A stretch of 24,000 bases of DNA from Paenibacillus sp. GTDB taxonomy: Bacteria > Bacillota > Bacilli > Paenibacillales > Paenibacillaceae. The stretch is from assembly GCF_031254035.1 (NCBI RefSeq), contig NZ_JAIRVF010000123.1; one strand, written 5' to 3'. This document shows, one piece after another, positions 1 to 9,297 of the stretch (position 1 is the stretch's first letter; every line of letters begins with the position of its first letter). The position numbers and the translations under genes were made by a program. Under the pieces are notes generated by a model. It had not been told where the DNA came from and did not search any database. It saw only the letters and a program-made list of their open reading frames with translations.

Positions 1-118
1 TACAACAACCAACGCATCCATTCTACAATTGGTTACAACACACCGTCTGATTTCGAGTTAAGCTACTGGAATCAGGCGGCGTAGAAAAATCTGTGTCTAC
101 TATCTTGACAGAAGTCCA
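1..118 (+). mobile_element. 3' end of an IS3-family (IS150-like) insertion sequence: C-terminus of the OrfB transposase (stop at 82-84) plus right terminal inverted repeat ending near 118
   Basis: Frame 1 reads YNNQRIHSTIGYNTPSDFELSYWNQAA*, the typical C-terminal motif of IS3-family transposases. It is followed by TGTCTACTATCTTGACAGAAGTCCA, a typical IS end. Confidence 0.8.
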
Positions 119-253
119 GGTTCTTCGAAACAAACCGGGATCAAATCCAAAATCATTTATGAAGTTACCTACATACCTTTACAAATTATTGTGAAGGTAT
201 TAGGAGTAGGTATGGATTTTAGTGACAACTCTTTTAAAATTACAAGTAAGTGA
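119..253 (+). pseudogene. Orphan 3' fragment of a coding region abutting the IS end (reads ...GSSKQTGIKSKIIYEVTYIPLQIIVKVLGVGMDFSDNSFKITSK*)
   Basis: Open frame continuing out of the IS end, with no start codon or SD of its own, ending in TGA (251-253) directly at a rho-independent terminator. This is consistent with a gene truncated by IS insertion. Confidence 0.3.
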
Positions 254-276
254 AGGGGCGATGCCCCTTCTTTTTT
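252..276 (+). terminator. Rho-independent terminator
   Basis: GAAGGGGC-GAT-GCCCCTTC followed by TTTTTT. Confidence 0.8.
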
Positions 277-452
277 ATATCTGGAATAATCTCACAACAA
301 AAATAGAGACTGATGATCGCATGAAGAAATACCCTTAAAGCGGCCTGGCTTCCTTGAGAGTATGTCGACGGATAATTTTGTGCATTTTCAAATGAAAGCT
401 GAATAATTAATGAATCTACCTATTTATCATATTTAATAGACCATCCAGATTA

Positions 453-482
453 TTGACCATGTGTTAAATGTCCTTATATAAT
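453..482 (+). promoter_or_regulatory. Sigma-A-type promoter for the RRNPP-like/pro-peptide locus
   Basis: TTGACC (453-458), 18-nt spacer, perfect TATAAT (477-482); the CDS follows with SD AAAGGAGG at 508-515. Confidence 0.6.
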
Positions 483-522
483 ATATATTGCTAATATTTG
501 TAATATAAAGGAGGTTATTCCT

Positions 523-1380
523 TTGATAGAAAACTATACTTCGATTGAACAAATCGATATAGACACATTGGTCAATATGGTAAAAATGGCGTATGAATTC
601 GAGAACTGGCGAGAAGTCATCTCATTATCTGCCAGCTTGTTGGATTCTGCCGAAACTATCAATAATAACCCATATAAAGGGTTACATGTTGGCCTGGAAA
701 CCAAAAGACATATTTCTTATTATTTTGGTTACAGTTACTTGATGAAGGGTCTTGCTTTTCAGAAATTAAAAATGTTTCCATATGCATTTGAATGCATCGA
801 CTATTACTCGGATTTAAGTTGGCTGGATGATTCAACGGATGAAGCGAATACAGTGATTGAAGATTTCAGAAAATTCGCCAAAGGAAATTTATTGACACTC
901 GAAATCTTGACCGGGAACAAAACCAAGCTGTCGGAGTATGTAGAATTTCTGGAACAAAACCATGATCAAATTCTTTCTGGGCTTATTACCTTGCTTGAAT
1001 CAGCCATTTACCATGGTTATAGTATTGATCGTGAATTGGAGCAGCTGACATATTACGTTCAAGACTCCTATCACGCTGATAAAGTATTGGCAACAAGATA
1101 TCTATCATTCTCATTTATGCTGTCATTATATGATTCTTTAAATAATAATTTGAAAAATGCTATCAACAGATCTTTACATAATTTAGTATTTTCTGATAAA
1201 ATAGGAAACGACAATTATTTTAAAAAATCTGTCATATTATTCGAGACACTTAAGCCCCACGCATCAGCTTCTCAACTTAGAGATTATTCGACTTTAATCA
1301 AAAAAATTTTTGAAGGAGAGATTTCTAATGAAGAAGGCTTTAACTTTAGTCACCGCTTTAGCCATCATCGCATTCAGTAG
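523..1380 (+). CDS. RRNPP/Rap/AimR-like helical (TPR-like) cytosolic peptide receptor without an obvious N-terminal HTH
   Basis: TTG start with a strong SD (AAAGGAGG). The 285-aa all-helical protein has aromatic-rich helix repeats (ENWREVISLSASLL..., SYYFGYSYLMKGLAFQKLKMFPYAFECIDYYSDLS). The gene overlaps a small secreted repeat-peptide gene. The family call rests on architecture and gene context, not on a search. Confidence 0.55.
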   Translation: MIENYTSIEQIDIDTLVNMVKMAYEFENWREVISLSASLLDSAETINNNPYKGLHVGLETKRHISYYFGYSYLMKGLAFQKLKMFPYAFECIDYYSDLSWLDDSTDEANTVIEDFRKFAKGNLLTLEILTGNKTKLSEYVEFLEQNHDQILSGLITLLESAIYHGYSIDRELEQLTYYVQDSYHADKVLATRYLSFSFMLSLYDSLNNNLKNAINRSLHNLVFSDKIGNDNYFKKSVILFETLKPHASASQLRDYSTLIKKIFEGEISNEEGFNFSHRFSHHRIQ

Positions 1381-1639
1381 TGCTGCATTACCGTCCGTTA
1401 CACAAGCAAGCGCGCCGGTCAAACAATTAAATCATGGTGCTGAATATTCTGCTCTTAACCACGGCGCTGAATACTCTGCTCTTAACCACGGGGCCGAATA
1501 CTCTGCTCTTAACCACGGCGCTGAATACTCTGCTCTTAACCACGGCGCTGAATACTCTGCTCTTAACCATGGTGCTGAATACTCGCCACTTAACCACGGG
1601 GCTGAATACTCTGCTCTTAACCATGGTGCTGAATATTAA
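1328..1639 (+). CDS. Secreted multi-copy signalling pre-pro-peptide: signal peptide plus 8 tandem copies of NHGAEY
   Basis: SD AAGGAGAG (1313-1320) 7 nt before ATG (1328). Sec signal peptide MKKALTLVTALAIIAFSSAALPSVTQASA with AxA-type cleavage (ASA|PVKQ), then (LNHGAEYSA)x5, LNHGAEYSP, LNHGAEYSA, LNHGAEY and stop. Confidence 0.8.
   Translation: MKKALTLVTALAIIAFSSAALPSVTQASAPVKQLNHGAEYSALNHGAEYSALNHGAEYSALNHGAEYSALNHGAEYSALNHGAEYSPLNHGAEYSALNHGAEY
1427..1636 (+). repeat. 27-bp coding tandem repeat, 8 units (last unit truncated to 21 bp at the stop codon)
   Basis: Units of the type CTTAACCACGGCGCTGAATACTCTGCT. They vary at synonymous positions (AAT/AAC, CAT/CAC, GGT/GGC/GGG, GCT/GCC, TAT/TAC). 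Confidence 0.95.
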
Positions 1640-1646
1640 TCTTGTG

Positions 1647-1685
1647 AACAACGAATCGTTCTTACGAACGGTTCGTTGTTTTTTC
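1647..1685 (+). terminator. Rho-independent terminator after the pro-peptide gene
   Basis: 15-bp stem 1647-1661 / 1666-1680 (AACAACGAATCGTTC / GAACGGTTCGTTGTT, one G-U pair), TTAC loop, followed by a T run. Confidence 0.85.
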
Positions 1686-1900
1686 ATTAACTGCTTATAT
1701 CCAAACGGGGCATCCGGCCAAGTTTCCATGTCAATTTCTAAGTATTCTCCGATACCTCCCTCCGATTCCATTATCTCTCGAAAGCATCGATAAGGTTCAG
1801 CAAGAATGGCTTCTTCAATCTTCTCACATATTCCTAACTCCATAAATAGTTCGATTCGAACTAGGTAGTGTTTCTTCTAACAGATAACGCATAAAAATGA

Positions 1901-1955
1901 AAAAGCACCACTGCACTGCAAAAATCACAATGATAATTGCAACACAATGGTGTCT
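1901..1955 (-). terminator. Possible terminator of the minus-strand ula/pts operon
   Basis: Read on the minus strand: CACCATTG (complement of 1945-1952) pairs with CAGTGGTG (complement of 1906-1913), followed by CTTTTT. The loop is long. Confidence 0.4.
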
Positions 1956-2049
1956 TTAGGTGAACATGAAGAAAAGGTTCTTTTTAACTATTGGCGAGCG
2001 GGCAGTGGATACTATATCCATCACAAGCACTGCCACACAAAACAATTAT

Positions 2050-3804
2050 TTATTTGTTAACTTTTGAAGCGACTTTAGCATCGAGGCTATTGATATAACT
2101 TGTTACCAGCTCCTGCACTTCCTCGGCTGTCCCAACACCCAGTGCTTTTGTTGCCAGCTTCTCAGTGCCGGCTAAGTTTAACTTAGCAATAAGGGAACGA
2201 GCGGGCAGGATGGAAGCGGCACTCATGCTGAACTCGTCTAACCCCAATCCAACCAGAATCGGAATGGCGGTTGAATCGCCAGCCATCTCTCCGCACATAC
2301 CAACCCAGCGTCCTTCACGATGTGCTGCATCGATTACCATCTTGACTAAGCGGAGGATCGATGGATGAAACGGCTGGTATAAGTAGGATACTCGTTCATT
2401 CATTCGGTCTGCAGCCATCGTATATTGAATCAGGTCATTCGTGCCAATGCTGAAGAAATCAACTTCCTTTGCAAACCGATCGGCTAACATAGCTGTAGAA
2501 GGAATTTCAACCATGATGCCCAGCTCGATTGAGTCAGAAACAGGGATGTTCTCTGCTTCGAGCTTCGCTTTCTCTTCATGAAAAAGAGCTTTGGCCTGTC
2601 GGAATTCCTCTAGGGTTGCAATCATCGGGAACATGATGCGAAGGTTGCCAAAGACACTTGCCCGCAGCAGGGCGCGAAGCTGAATACGAAAAATTTCCTG
2701 AAGCTCTAAACATAAACGTATAGCGCGAAAACCAAGGAACGGGTTCATCTCTTTCGGTAACTCCAGATATGGCAATTCCTTGTCTCCACCGATATCCAAA
2801 GTTCGAATAACAACAGGTTTGCCCTCCATTTTTTCCAAAACGGTCTTATAGGCAATGAACTGCTCCTTCTCAGAGGGCATTTTGTCTCTCCCCATATATA
2901 GGAACTCAGTGCGGTACAATCCTATGGCCTCACAACCGTTAGCAAGCGCATTCACTGCATCGGAGGAATTACCGATGTTGGCAGCCAGTTCTACATGAGC
3001 ACCGTCCTTTGTGAGTGTAGGCTCGTTCCGCAGCTTAGCCCATTCCGCACGTTTTTTCTCGTACTCCTGCTGCTTTATTTGGTAATCTTTCAGTGTTTCA
3101 CTATCCGGATTTACGATAACAAGTCCTTCCGAACCATCAAGAATAAGCGTATCGCCATCATGAACCTGCGTCAAAATATTTTTTGTTCCCACAACAGCAG
3201 GGATTTCCATTGATCTGGCCATGATCGCAGAATGTGAGGTGCGTCCTCCGATATTGGTCGCGAAACCCAATACATATTCTCGGTTCAATTGCGCTGTATC
3301 CGACGGAGTCAGATCCTCAGCAACCAAGATAACTTTTTCATTTATCTCACTCAAATCTATTACCTTTACCTCTAATAGGTGACTGAGCACCCGCTTTGTT
3401 ACATCCCGCATATCCGCAGCTCGTTCTTTAAGATAAGCACTCTTCATATTTTCGAACATCGCAACTAAGTCAGCAGCAACCTCTTGAAGAGCAAATTCCG
3501 CATTCATTTGTTTATCCCTAATATGTCCCTCTACAGGATCTATAAGCTCAGGGTCGTTTAATATCAGCAGGTGAGATTCGAATATTTCTGCTTTCTCCGC
3601 ACCATACTGCTGGAAGGTTCGTTCCTTAAGGGACTGTATCTCAATTCGAGCTGATTCTAAGGCTCTGCGAAATCTGGAAATTTCAAGAGCGACATCCTTC
3701 ACAATCCGTTTCTCTATGATGAGAGGGACTTGCTCCATAATAAAAGCCTTAGCGATAACAATTCCTGCCGCCGCTGCAATACCTTGGATCTTAATCATGG
3801 ACAA
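2050..3804 (-). CDS. ptsI: Phosphoenolpyruvate-protein phosphotransferase (PTS Enzyme I)
   Basis: 584 aa. [21 protein letters not shown] contains the phospho-His site; also [50 protein letters not shown]-like segment ([27 protein letters not shown]) and MCGEMAGD. Confidence 0.95.
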   Translation of the reverse strand: MSMIKIQGIAAAAGIVIAKAFIMEQVPLIIEKRIVKDVALEISRFRRALESARIEIQSLKERTFQQYGAEKAEIFESHLLILNDPELIDPVEGHIRDKQMNAEFALQEVAADLVAMFENMKSAYLKERAADMRDVTKRVLSHLLEVKVIDLSEINEKVILVAEDLTPSDTAQLNREYVLGFATNIGGRTSHSAIMARSMEIPAVVGTKNILTQVHDGDTLILDGSEGLVIVNPDSETLKDYQIKQQEYEKKRAEWAKLRNEPTLTKDGAHVELAANIGNSSDAVNALANGCEAIGLYRTEFLYMGRDKMPSEKEQFIAYKTVLEKMEGKPVVIRTLDIGGDKELPYLELPKEMNPFLGFRAIRLCLELQEIFRIQLRALLRASVFGNLRIMFPMIATLEEFRQAKALFHEEKAKLEAENIPVSDSIELGIMVEIPSTAMLADRFAKEVDFFSIGTNDLIQYTMAADRMNERVSYLYQPFHPSILRLVKMVIDAAHREGRWVGMCGEMAGDSTAIPILVGLGLDEFSMSAASILPARSLIAKLNLAGTEKLATKALGVGTAEEVQELVTSYINSLDAKVASKVNK

Positions 3805-4066
3805 TTCCCAGCCCTTCTCTCACGAATATCTCCTCGAATGCTGCAATGACTTCCGCTTCGTCTTCCCCCTTCGCTATAAAAGTAATCGTATCCCCTTTTT
3901 CAAGCCCAAGAGAAAGGACACCAAGAAGAGATTTCATAGTCACCTTCCTGCCGCTGGCCTCAGCGAATACTTCAGATTTGTACTTATTCGCAGTATTGAC
4001 AAGAATTGTTGCTGGACGTGCGTGGATTGCGTCCTCGTCCGTAATCTTGAATGTGATGATTTGCAT
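3791..4066 (-). CDS. ptsH: Phosphocarrier protein HPr
   Basis: [23 protein letters not shown] (active His context) and [14 protein letters not shown] (Ser46 region). The ORF track extends to 4075, but the start at 4066 has better SD spacing. Confidence 0.9.
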   Translation of the reverse strand: MQIITFKITDEDAIHARPATILVNTANKYKSEVFAEASGRKVTMKSLLGVLSLGLEKGDTITFIAKGEDEAEVIAAFEEIFVREGLGIVHD

Positions 4067-4108
4067 GAAGTTCATCTCCAGTTCTCTAAACTATTACTTT
4101 GTTTAATG

Positions 4109-6214
4109 TCAATCTTCTTCTACCTCCATAGCGCGATAAAATGCGGTCTCCATTGAACCTCCCTCGGCCAATTCACTTAGAAATGAAGAACTCATCAATT
4201 TATCCAAATCAAATAACAGAGGTACATGCGTCATTTTTTCATCGGTAGATAATAGAATAATTAACTCTACTTCTAAAAAGGGGTCATCTTCTGTGATGAG
4301 CCCCGTTGCTGTATGCAACATACTGATTCCTGGTTTAAATGAGCCATATCGATAATCCGTATGCAATAAAAGAACTTTCGGATAAATAAAAAACCATTTG
4401 GATTCATCGACTATTTGCCGCCGGATCTCTGTCACATAAGAAGCTTGTATATAGTTTTTCCGCAACAGTGGAGCTGCCAGCAAATCAAGCGCTTCATCAA
4501 AAGAAACAATACGACTCAGTTGAAAAATATGTTCCGGGTTCCAGGCAGTCAGCAGGCTAACCTTTTCGATTGACTGAGTTTCCGTTCGACCACTCAAATA
4601 CAGAGCCTCAATTCGTCCGATCAATTCATCCCTAGATATGTCCGGTTCATCAAGTAAGCTCGCAAGCTGCTCTCGTCTGTTTGATGCCATTAACCGTCCT
4701 TTGATAATATGCAAGATCCGATCTTTATCGCCATTTGAAAGAATCGAATTGACATAGATCGTCTCCCCAGATGCATGCACATAGGTGCGATCCGTTGTAA
4801 TGCAATAATTTACGATAGGCTTGAAATCGGATGCATCTTTTACCGTGTACACACCGAGAATGACAGATTTGGGTAGAAGTTGCTTAATATGCGTAAGCAG
4901 CAGTGAATTATAGACATTAGCATAATCGGAAACGATTACAATATTATGAGCAGCTTTCTGAGTTTGTTCCCGCAATACGGATTCTTCAAAATAGAGGGAC
5001 AAACTAGCCGTCTCATCATCTGTCAACCCACTTGGATAATATCTTTTGAATACAGAGCTTGCTGAGACATGTGCCAATGATTTTTTGGTCAGCATATAGA
5101 TTTCCTTGCATTGTGTCACGACATAAACCAATGACTCCGTAGGCATGACCAGATTAAACACATGCCGATAATATAATACCTTCATGTGCGTCTGCACATT
5201 CTCAAAAAGTCGTTCCCGCTGCTTAGAATGCATTCCTGATACCATCTCAAAGTAATCAATTAACATAAAAGTCATGTCGCCGATCTCTTCAAACGACGTG
5301 CTTTTATAATGTGAATCCGTATTTTTCTGCATGCACAGTAGCAGCATGCCATAAAATACAGCCTCTTCGTCAGGTATAGCTAGATTCAAATAAGAGGAGA
5401 ACAATTCGGTTAAATATTGGGCTGCTTTATATTCCAAACGATCTGTAATTAATACCTTTAGATTGTCCGGCCAGTGAATTTCATTTCCCATCAAAACCCG
5501 TACAAGGAAGATTAACGAGGTACGTGCCAAGATCCGAACATCCTGCTCAGCATATTGCTTTTGTAAGACGGTTTCGGTCTTCTTAATACAAAGACTAAAA
5601 TGGTGAAATGATTCACAATGATTTATTGCTCGTATAGCTTCTTGGGACTGAATAAATTCCGTCATGAAAAAATCATAGGCTTGCTCCATGTTCTCGAAGT
5701 CTTGCATGAATTGATAAATTTTACGACGACGTGATAATTCATCCATATCCACGTAGTAACCACGCTTTTTATCCGAGTTCAGCATGTACCCATGTTCCGA
5801 CTGCGCCAATTTCTTTTTAATAAATTGTATATCTTTAATCACGGTGTTGCGGGAAACCATCGTGAGTTCCATCAAATCGGATAGGAACCATTTCCGACTC
5901 TCTACCAACAGCAGCATTAAAATAACTTGGCGACGCTCGTTCGTGGTTAGAATATATTCATCCTGCTCATATTCGTTTGACCACTTCATCATTTGATTCG
6001 CCTGTTTAAGCGTAACAGACATTCCGCCACCCTTAACTCTCGTCAGCGGAGGAAGGTTCGCTTGCTTAAAAAGACAATCCAGACGGTCCATGTAGTAATA
6101 GATCATTCTTCTGGAAAGATCTGTTCCTACAGCCATAGCCGATATGTTTATAATGCTCTTTTTTTCAGCCAGAACTTTAATAAAGAGACAGAAATGATTA
6201 TCGATTTGAATCAT
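4109..6214 (-). CDS. BglG/MtlR-type PRD-domain transcriptional regulator with PTS-like C-terminal domains
   Basis: 701 aa. N-terminal HTH segments (MVSRNTVIKDIQFIKKKLAQ), PRD-like helical regions, a PTS EIIB-like segment (KAAHNIVIVSDYANVYNSLLLTHIKQLLP) and an EIIA-like C-terminus. Located in the PTS operon. Confidence 0.8.
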   Translation of the reverse strand: MIQIDNHFCLFIKVLAEKKSIINISAMAVGTDLSRRMIYYYMDRLDCLFKQANLPPLTRVKGGGMSVTLKQANQMMKWSNEYEQDEYILTTNERRQVILMLLLVESRKWFLSDLMELTMVSRNTVIKDIQFIKKKLAQSEHGYMLNSDKKRGYYVDMDELSRRRKIYQFMQDFENMEQAYDFFMTEFIQSQEAIRAINHCESFHHFSLCIKKTETVLQKQYAEQDVRILARTSLIFLVRVLMGNEIHWPDNLKVLITDRLEYKAAQYLTELFSSYLNLAIPDEEAVFYGMLLLCMQKNTDSHYKSTSFEEIGDMTFMLIDYFEMVSGMHSKQRERLFENVQTHMKVLYYRHVFNLVMPTESLVYVVTQCKEIYMLTKKSLAHVSASSVFKRYYPSGLTDDETASLSLYFEESVLREQTQKAAHNIVIVSDYANVYNSLLLTHIKQLLPKSVILGVYTVKDASDFKPIVNYCITTDRTYVHASGETIYVNSILSNGDKDRILHIIKGRLMASNRREQLASLLDEPDISRDELIGRIEALYLSGRTETQSIEKVSLLTAWNPEHIFQLSRIVSFDEALDLLAAPLLRKNYIQASYVTEIRRQIVDESKWFFIYPKVLLLHTDYRYGSFKPGISMLHTATGLITEDDPFLEVELIILLSTDEKMTHVPLLFDLDKLMSSSFLSELAEGGSMETAFYRAMEVEED

Positions 6215-6264
6215 TTATATTCAGTCCTTCATGTAGACGAGCAATAAGCAGGCAAACGGACTAA

Positions 6265-6987
6265 TCAGCTTTTTGCCAGTCTATTTTTTTGTCCGTAATA
6301 AGCATTAGAACCGTGTTTTCTGAAATAATGTTTGTCTAGTAAATATTGCGGAATCCGCTGCTGATCATTTGACACTAGCAGTGTATGCAGAGCCATATCC
6401 GCAACTTCATCAAGTACAACACTGTTTTGAACTGCCGCTTTGGCGTCCTTCCCCCAGGTAAATGGCCCGTGTCCACGCACAATCACTCCCGGTACAGCTA
6501 GGGGATCAAGATTCCGTTCACGGAACGTCTCGACAATCACATTACCTGTCTCCGTTTCATAACCCTGCATCACCTCTTCCTCCGTCAATTGACGGGTACA
6601 AGGCACAGGACCGTAAAAAGTATCCGCATGTGTGGTTCCATAGACCGGAATATCCTGTCCTGCTTGCGCCCAGGCCACTGCCCATTTGGAATGTGTGTGC
6701 ACTACAGCACCAATGTCTGCAAAAGCTTTGTACAATACCAAGTGGGTTGCCACATCTGAAGATGGTGACAGCTCGCCTTCCAGCACATTGCCTTCCAAAT
6801 CAATCACAACCATATCATCCAGACTCATATCGGCATATGGAACACCACTTGGCTTAATGACAACAATCTCTCTTTCACGATCAATCATACTGACATTTCC
6901 CCAAGTTAGCTTAACCAGCCCTGATCGGGGTAGGTCTAAATTGGCACGCAGTACCTCAATTTTTAATGGAGTAAAACTTGTTTTCAT
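6265..6987 (-). CDS. ulaF: L-ribulose-5-phosphate 4-epimerase (AraD/UlaF family)
   Basis: [61 protein letters not shown] and [24 protein letters not shown]. Confidence 0.92.
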   Translation of the reverse strand: MKTSFTPLKIEVLRANLDLPRSGLVKLTWGNVSMIDREREIVVIKPSGVPYADMSLDDMVVIDLEGNVLEGELSPSSDVATHLVLYKAFADIGAVVHTHSKWAVAWAQAGQDIPVYGTTHADTFYGPVPCTRQLTEEEVMQGYETETGNVIVETFRERNLDPLAVPGVIVRGHGPFTWGKDAKAAVQNSVVLDEVADMALHTLLVSNDQQRIPQYLLDKHYFRKHGSNAYYGQKNRLAKS

Positions 6988-7840
6988 AATTGTAGCCTGC
7001 TTCCTTTAGTTTAGGTAATAGAAAAGCAAGAGCTTTAGCGATTTCATCACGATAATCCTCGCTTTTTTCGCTCCACATTTCGATCAAAAACGGGCCGTGA
7101 TAATCTATTGCCTTCAATGTTTTCAATGCGCTTATAAACTCGACACACCCGTCTCCGAACGGGACATCTTTAAATTTACCTGGAAATTCACTTGTCACTT
7201 TCATCGTATCTTTTAGATGCACTGCAGCTATATCATATTTTCCCCGATTTAATTCAGCGGTCACGTTATTATCCCACGCGGACAGGTTGCCGAGATCCGG
7301 ATACACATAGAGCCACGGTGAACCCACTTCAGCAGCGATGGACAGGTAGCTGGTAATCGAATTCATAAATGGATCGTCCATTATTTCAATGGCTAGAATA
7401 ACTTGTTTAGCCTGAGCCCATGTGCATGCCAATTTTAAGTTGTCAATAAAATACTGCCGTGTCATTTCATCTTTTGACTCATAATAGACATCATATCCAG
7501 CCAGTTGGATCACACGAATTCCTAAGTCATCAGCCAGTTCAATCGCCTTATGAATAAGAGAGAGACCTTTCTCCCGAATAGCGGAGTCGTGGGAACCAAG
7601 TGGATAGCGCCGATTTCCACTCAGACACATCGTAGGCACCCGGACACCTGTTTGGAGACTGGCGAGAACGAATTCTCGCCGCTCCTCCTGGGTCCAGTCT
7701 AGGCGACTCAATCGCTCATCGGTTTCATCGACGGACATCTCCACAAAATCAAATCCTAGCTCTTGCGCAATAAGCAACCGCTCAAGCCAAGAAATACCAC
7801 TCGGCAATGCCTTTTCATAAATACCGATCGGATTCATCAT
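6956..7840 (-). CDS. ulaE: L-ribulose-5-phosphate 3-epimerase (L-xylulose-5-phosphate 3-epimerase)
   Basis: [48 protein letters not shown] and [12 protein letters not shown]-like C-terminal ([12 protein letters not shown]). TIM-barrel epimerase in the ula operon. Confidence 0.92.
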   Translation of the reverse strand: MMNPIGIYEKALPSGISWLERLLIAQELGFDFVEMSVDETDERLSRLDWTQEERREFVLASLQTGVRVPTMCLSGNRRYPLGSHDSAIREKGLSLIHKAIELADDLGIRVIQLAGYDVYYESKDEMTRQYFIDNLKLACTWAQAKQVILAIEIMDDPFMNSITSYLSIAAEVGSPWLYVYPDLGNLSAWDNNVTAELNRGKYDIAAVHLKDTMKVTSEFPGKFKDVPFGDGCVEFISALKTLKAIDYHGPFLIEMWSEKSEDYRDEIAKALAFLLPKLKEAGYNYENKFYSIKN

Positions 7841-8484
7841 CAGTTCCCCCAAATTCTCGCAATCTCCGCCTTAAATTCACGAGCCGCCTGCGCTGGATCA
7901 GCTGCCTCACGAATACCGCGACCAGCGATGAAGGTGTACACATCAATACCTTTGAACAATGCCAATGTATCGACTTCCAATCCACCAGTAACAGACACCT
8001 TAAATCCCATTTCTACCAATTTCCGAATTTTGTTTAAATCTTTTTCGCCCCATGTCTCACCCGCTAGCAGCGCATCGCGGCTTTGATGATAGATAACTTG
8101 GGACAACCCGGCCTCTTTCCAGGCAAGCGCGTGTTCAAATGTCCAGTCCCCATATAATTCTACCTGCAAATCCCTTACTTCTTTCATTGCTGCCTTCATC
8201 GTCGGGATGGTGGCTGAACAGATCACCGTCATCCAGTCCGCACCTGCATCCGCACAATTTCTAGCTACCGTACCTCCTGCGTCCGCACATTTCGTATCCG
8301 CTAAAATTATTTTTTCGGGATACAACGCGCGCAAACAACGTACTGCCTCCATTCCTTCTGCTAAACATAATATCGTACCTGCTTCAATGATATCGACTTC
8401 ATGGCCAACGGCCAGAACTGAGCTCAAGGCTTCACTTAATATCGAGTTGTCTAGTGCAATTTGTAAATTGGGCAAACCCATCAT
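7840..8484 (-). CDS. ulaD: 3-dehydro-L-gulonate-6-phosphate decarboxylase
   Basis: LQIALDN, EAGTILCLAEGMEAVRCLRALYPEKIILADTKCADAGG, VYTFIAGRGIREAADP; OMP-decarboxylase superfamily. Confidence 0.93.
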   Translation of the reverse strand: MMGLPNLQIALDNSILSEALSSVLAVGHEVDIIEAGTILCLAEGMEAVRCLRALYPEKIILADTKCADAGGTVARNCADAGADWMTVICSATIPTMKAAMKEVRDLQVELYGDWTFEHALAWKEAGLSQVIYHQSRDALLAGETWGEKDLNKIRKLVEMGFKVSVTGGLEVDTLALFKGIDVYTFIAGRGIREAADPAQAAREFKAEIARIWGN

Positions 8485-8495
8485 AATCCTCTCCT

Positions 8496-8966
8496 CTACT
8501 TTAAATAAGAACTTGTATCCACCTGATCGATCATTTGCAAAATATCATCGATTGAAGTAGCTGCCACCATCTGATCCAGTACATTCGGACCATCAAAAAG
8601 GGCTACGATCTGCGGAATTGCGATGCTCGAATGAATAGACGGAGACGTAGCCGCCAGTGCTATCAGCACTTGTACTTCCTTGCCGTCAGAAAACTCCACA
8701 GGTTTGTCTAAAATAACGAGACTAAAAGCGTCGCGATTCACCCCATCCTTCGGGCGCGCATGGGGCATGGCCATCCCTGGAGTCAAAATATAATAAGGTC
8801 CATGAAGTTCAGTTGAGGCAATAATCGCTTGCGTATATCTGGGCTCTACTGCACCGCTTTTGACTAACGGCTCCGTTGCTCTTTCAATTGCTTCCTGCCA
8901 TGTCTTTGCCGTCGCATTCAATAGGATAGAATCATTTTCAACTAAGGACTGCTTCAGATTTAACAT
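8496..8966 (-). CDS. ulaC: PTS ascorbate-type EIIA component
   Basis: PYYILTPGMAMPHARPKDGVNRDAFSLVILDKPVEF (active His region); adjacent to EIIB/EIIC. Confidence 0.9.
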   Translation of the reverse strand: MLNLKQSLVENDSILLNATAKTWQEAIERATEPLVKSGAVEPRYTQAIIASTELHGPYYILTPGMAMPHARPKDGVNRDAFSLVILDKPVEFSDGKEVQVLIALAATSPSIHSSIAIPQIVALFDGPNVLDQMVAATSIDDILQMIDQVDTSSYLK

Positions 8967-8986
8967 CGATGCTGCCTCCTTTTCCC

Positions 8987-9274
8987 CTACAAAATGCTGC
9001 TGAGTTTCGCACTGATTTCAGCTTCATCCATCAAATTGTCGAGTCCGAGCAAATGACCTTTAGTCCGTCCCTCCAGCTCGTGTATCAGATGTACTGAAGC
9101 GACAATAACATCGTATCCACTTGCTTGTGCTTTGGCTTCACCGACACTGCAATAATCAACTTTAAAATCTGTTTTTCCCATTCCCCGTAATACCTTTTCA
9201 ATTTTCATTTTGATCACCATACTAGAACCCATACCATTTCCACATGCAGCTAATATTTTTAACATTTCAACCAT
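8987..9274 (-). CDS. ulaB: PTS ascorbate-type EIIB component
   Basis: LKILAACGNGMGSSMVIKMKIEKVLRGMG, with the cysteine phosphorylation-site P-loop. Confidence 0.9.
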   Translation of the reverse strand: MVEMLKILAACGNGMGSSMVIKMKIEKVLRGMGKTDFKVDYCSVGEAKAQASGYDVIVASVHLIHELEGRTKGHLLGLDNLMDEAEISAKLSSIL

Positions 9275-9297
9275 CCTTTCAATTTTTAAAGTCGAGG

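Noticed and set aside
1427-1636. CRISPR-like array
   Set aside because: The units are contiguous 27-bp coding repeats with no spacers and synonymous variation, so this is a protein repeat, not a CRISPR.
1434-1793. Plus-strand 119-aa ORF with (LNTLLLTTA)n repeats
   Set aside because: Alternate frame of the same tandem repeat, running through the terminator hairpin; no RBS. The true frame is given by the SD, signal peptide and stop at 1637-1639.
1427-1843. Minus-strand 138-aa ORF with (VVKSRVFSA)n repeats
   Set aside because: The repetitive part is simply the antisense of the 27-bp coding repeat, which stays open in several frames because its period is divisible by 3. It has no supporting SD or promoter. 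Only its first ~52 codons are flagged separately.
6462-6857. 131-aa and other plus-strand ORFs overlapping the ula genes (also 8207-8560, 11273-11542, 15747-16103)
   Set aside because: Antisense shadows of well-supported minus-strand coding genes; no SD or family motifs.
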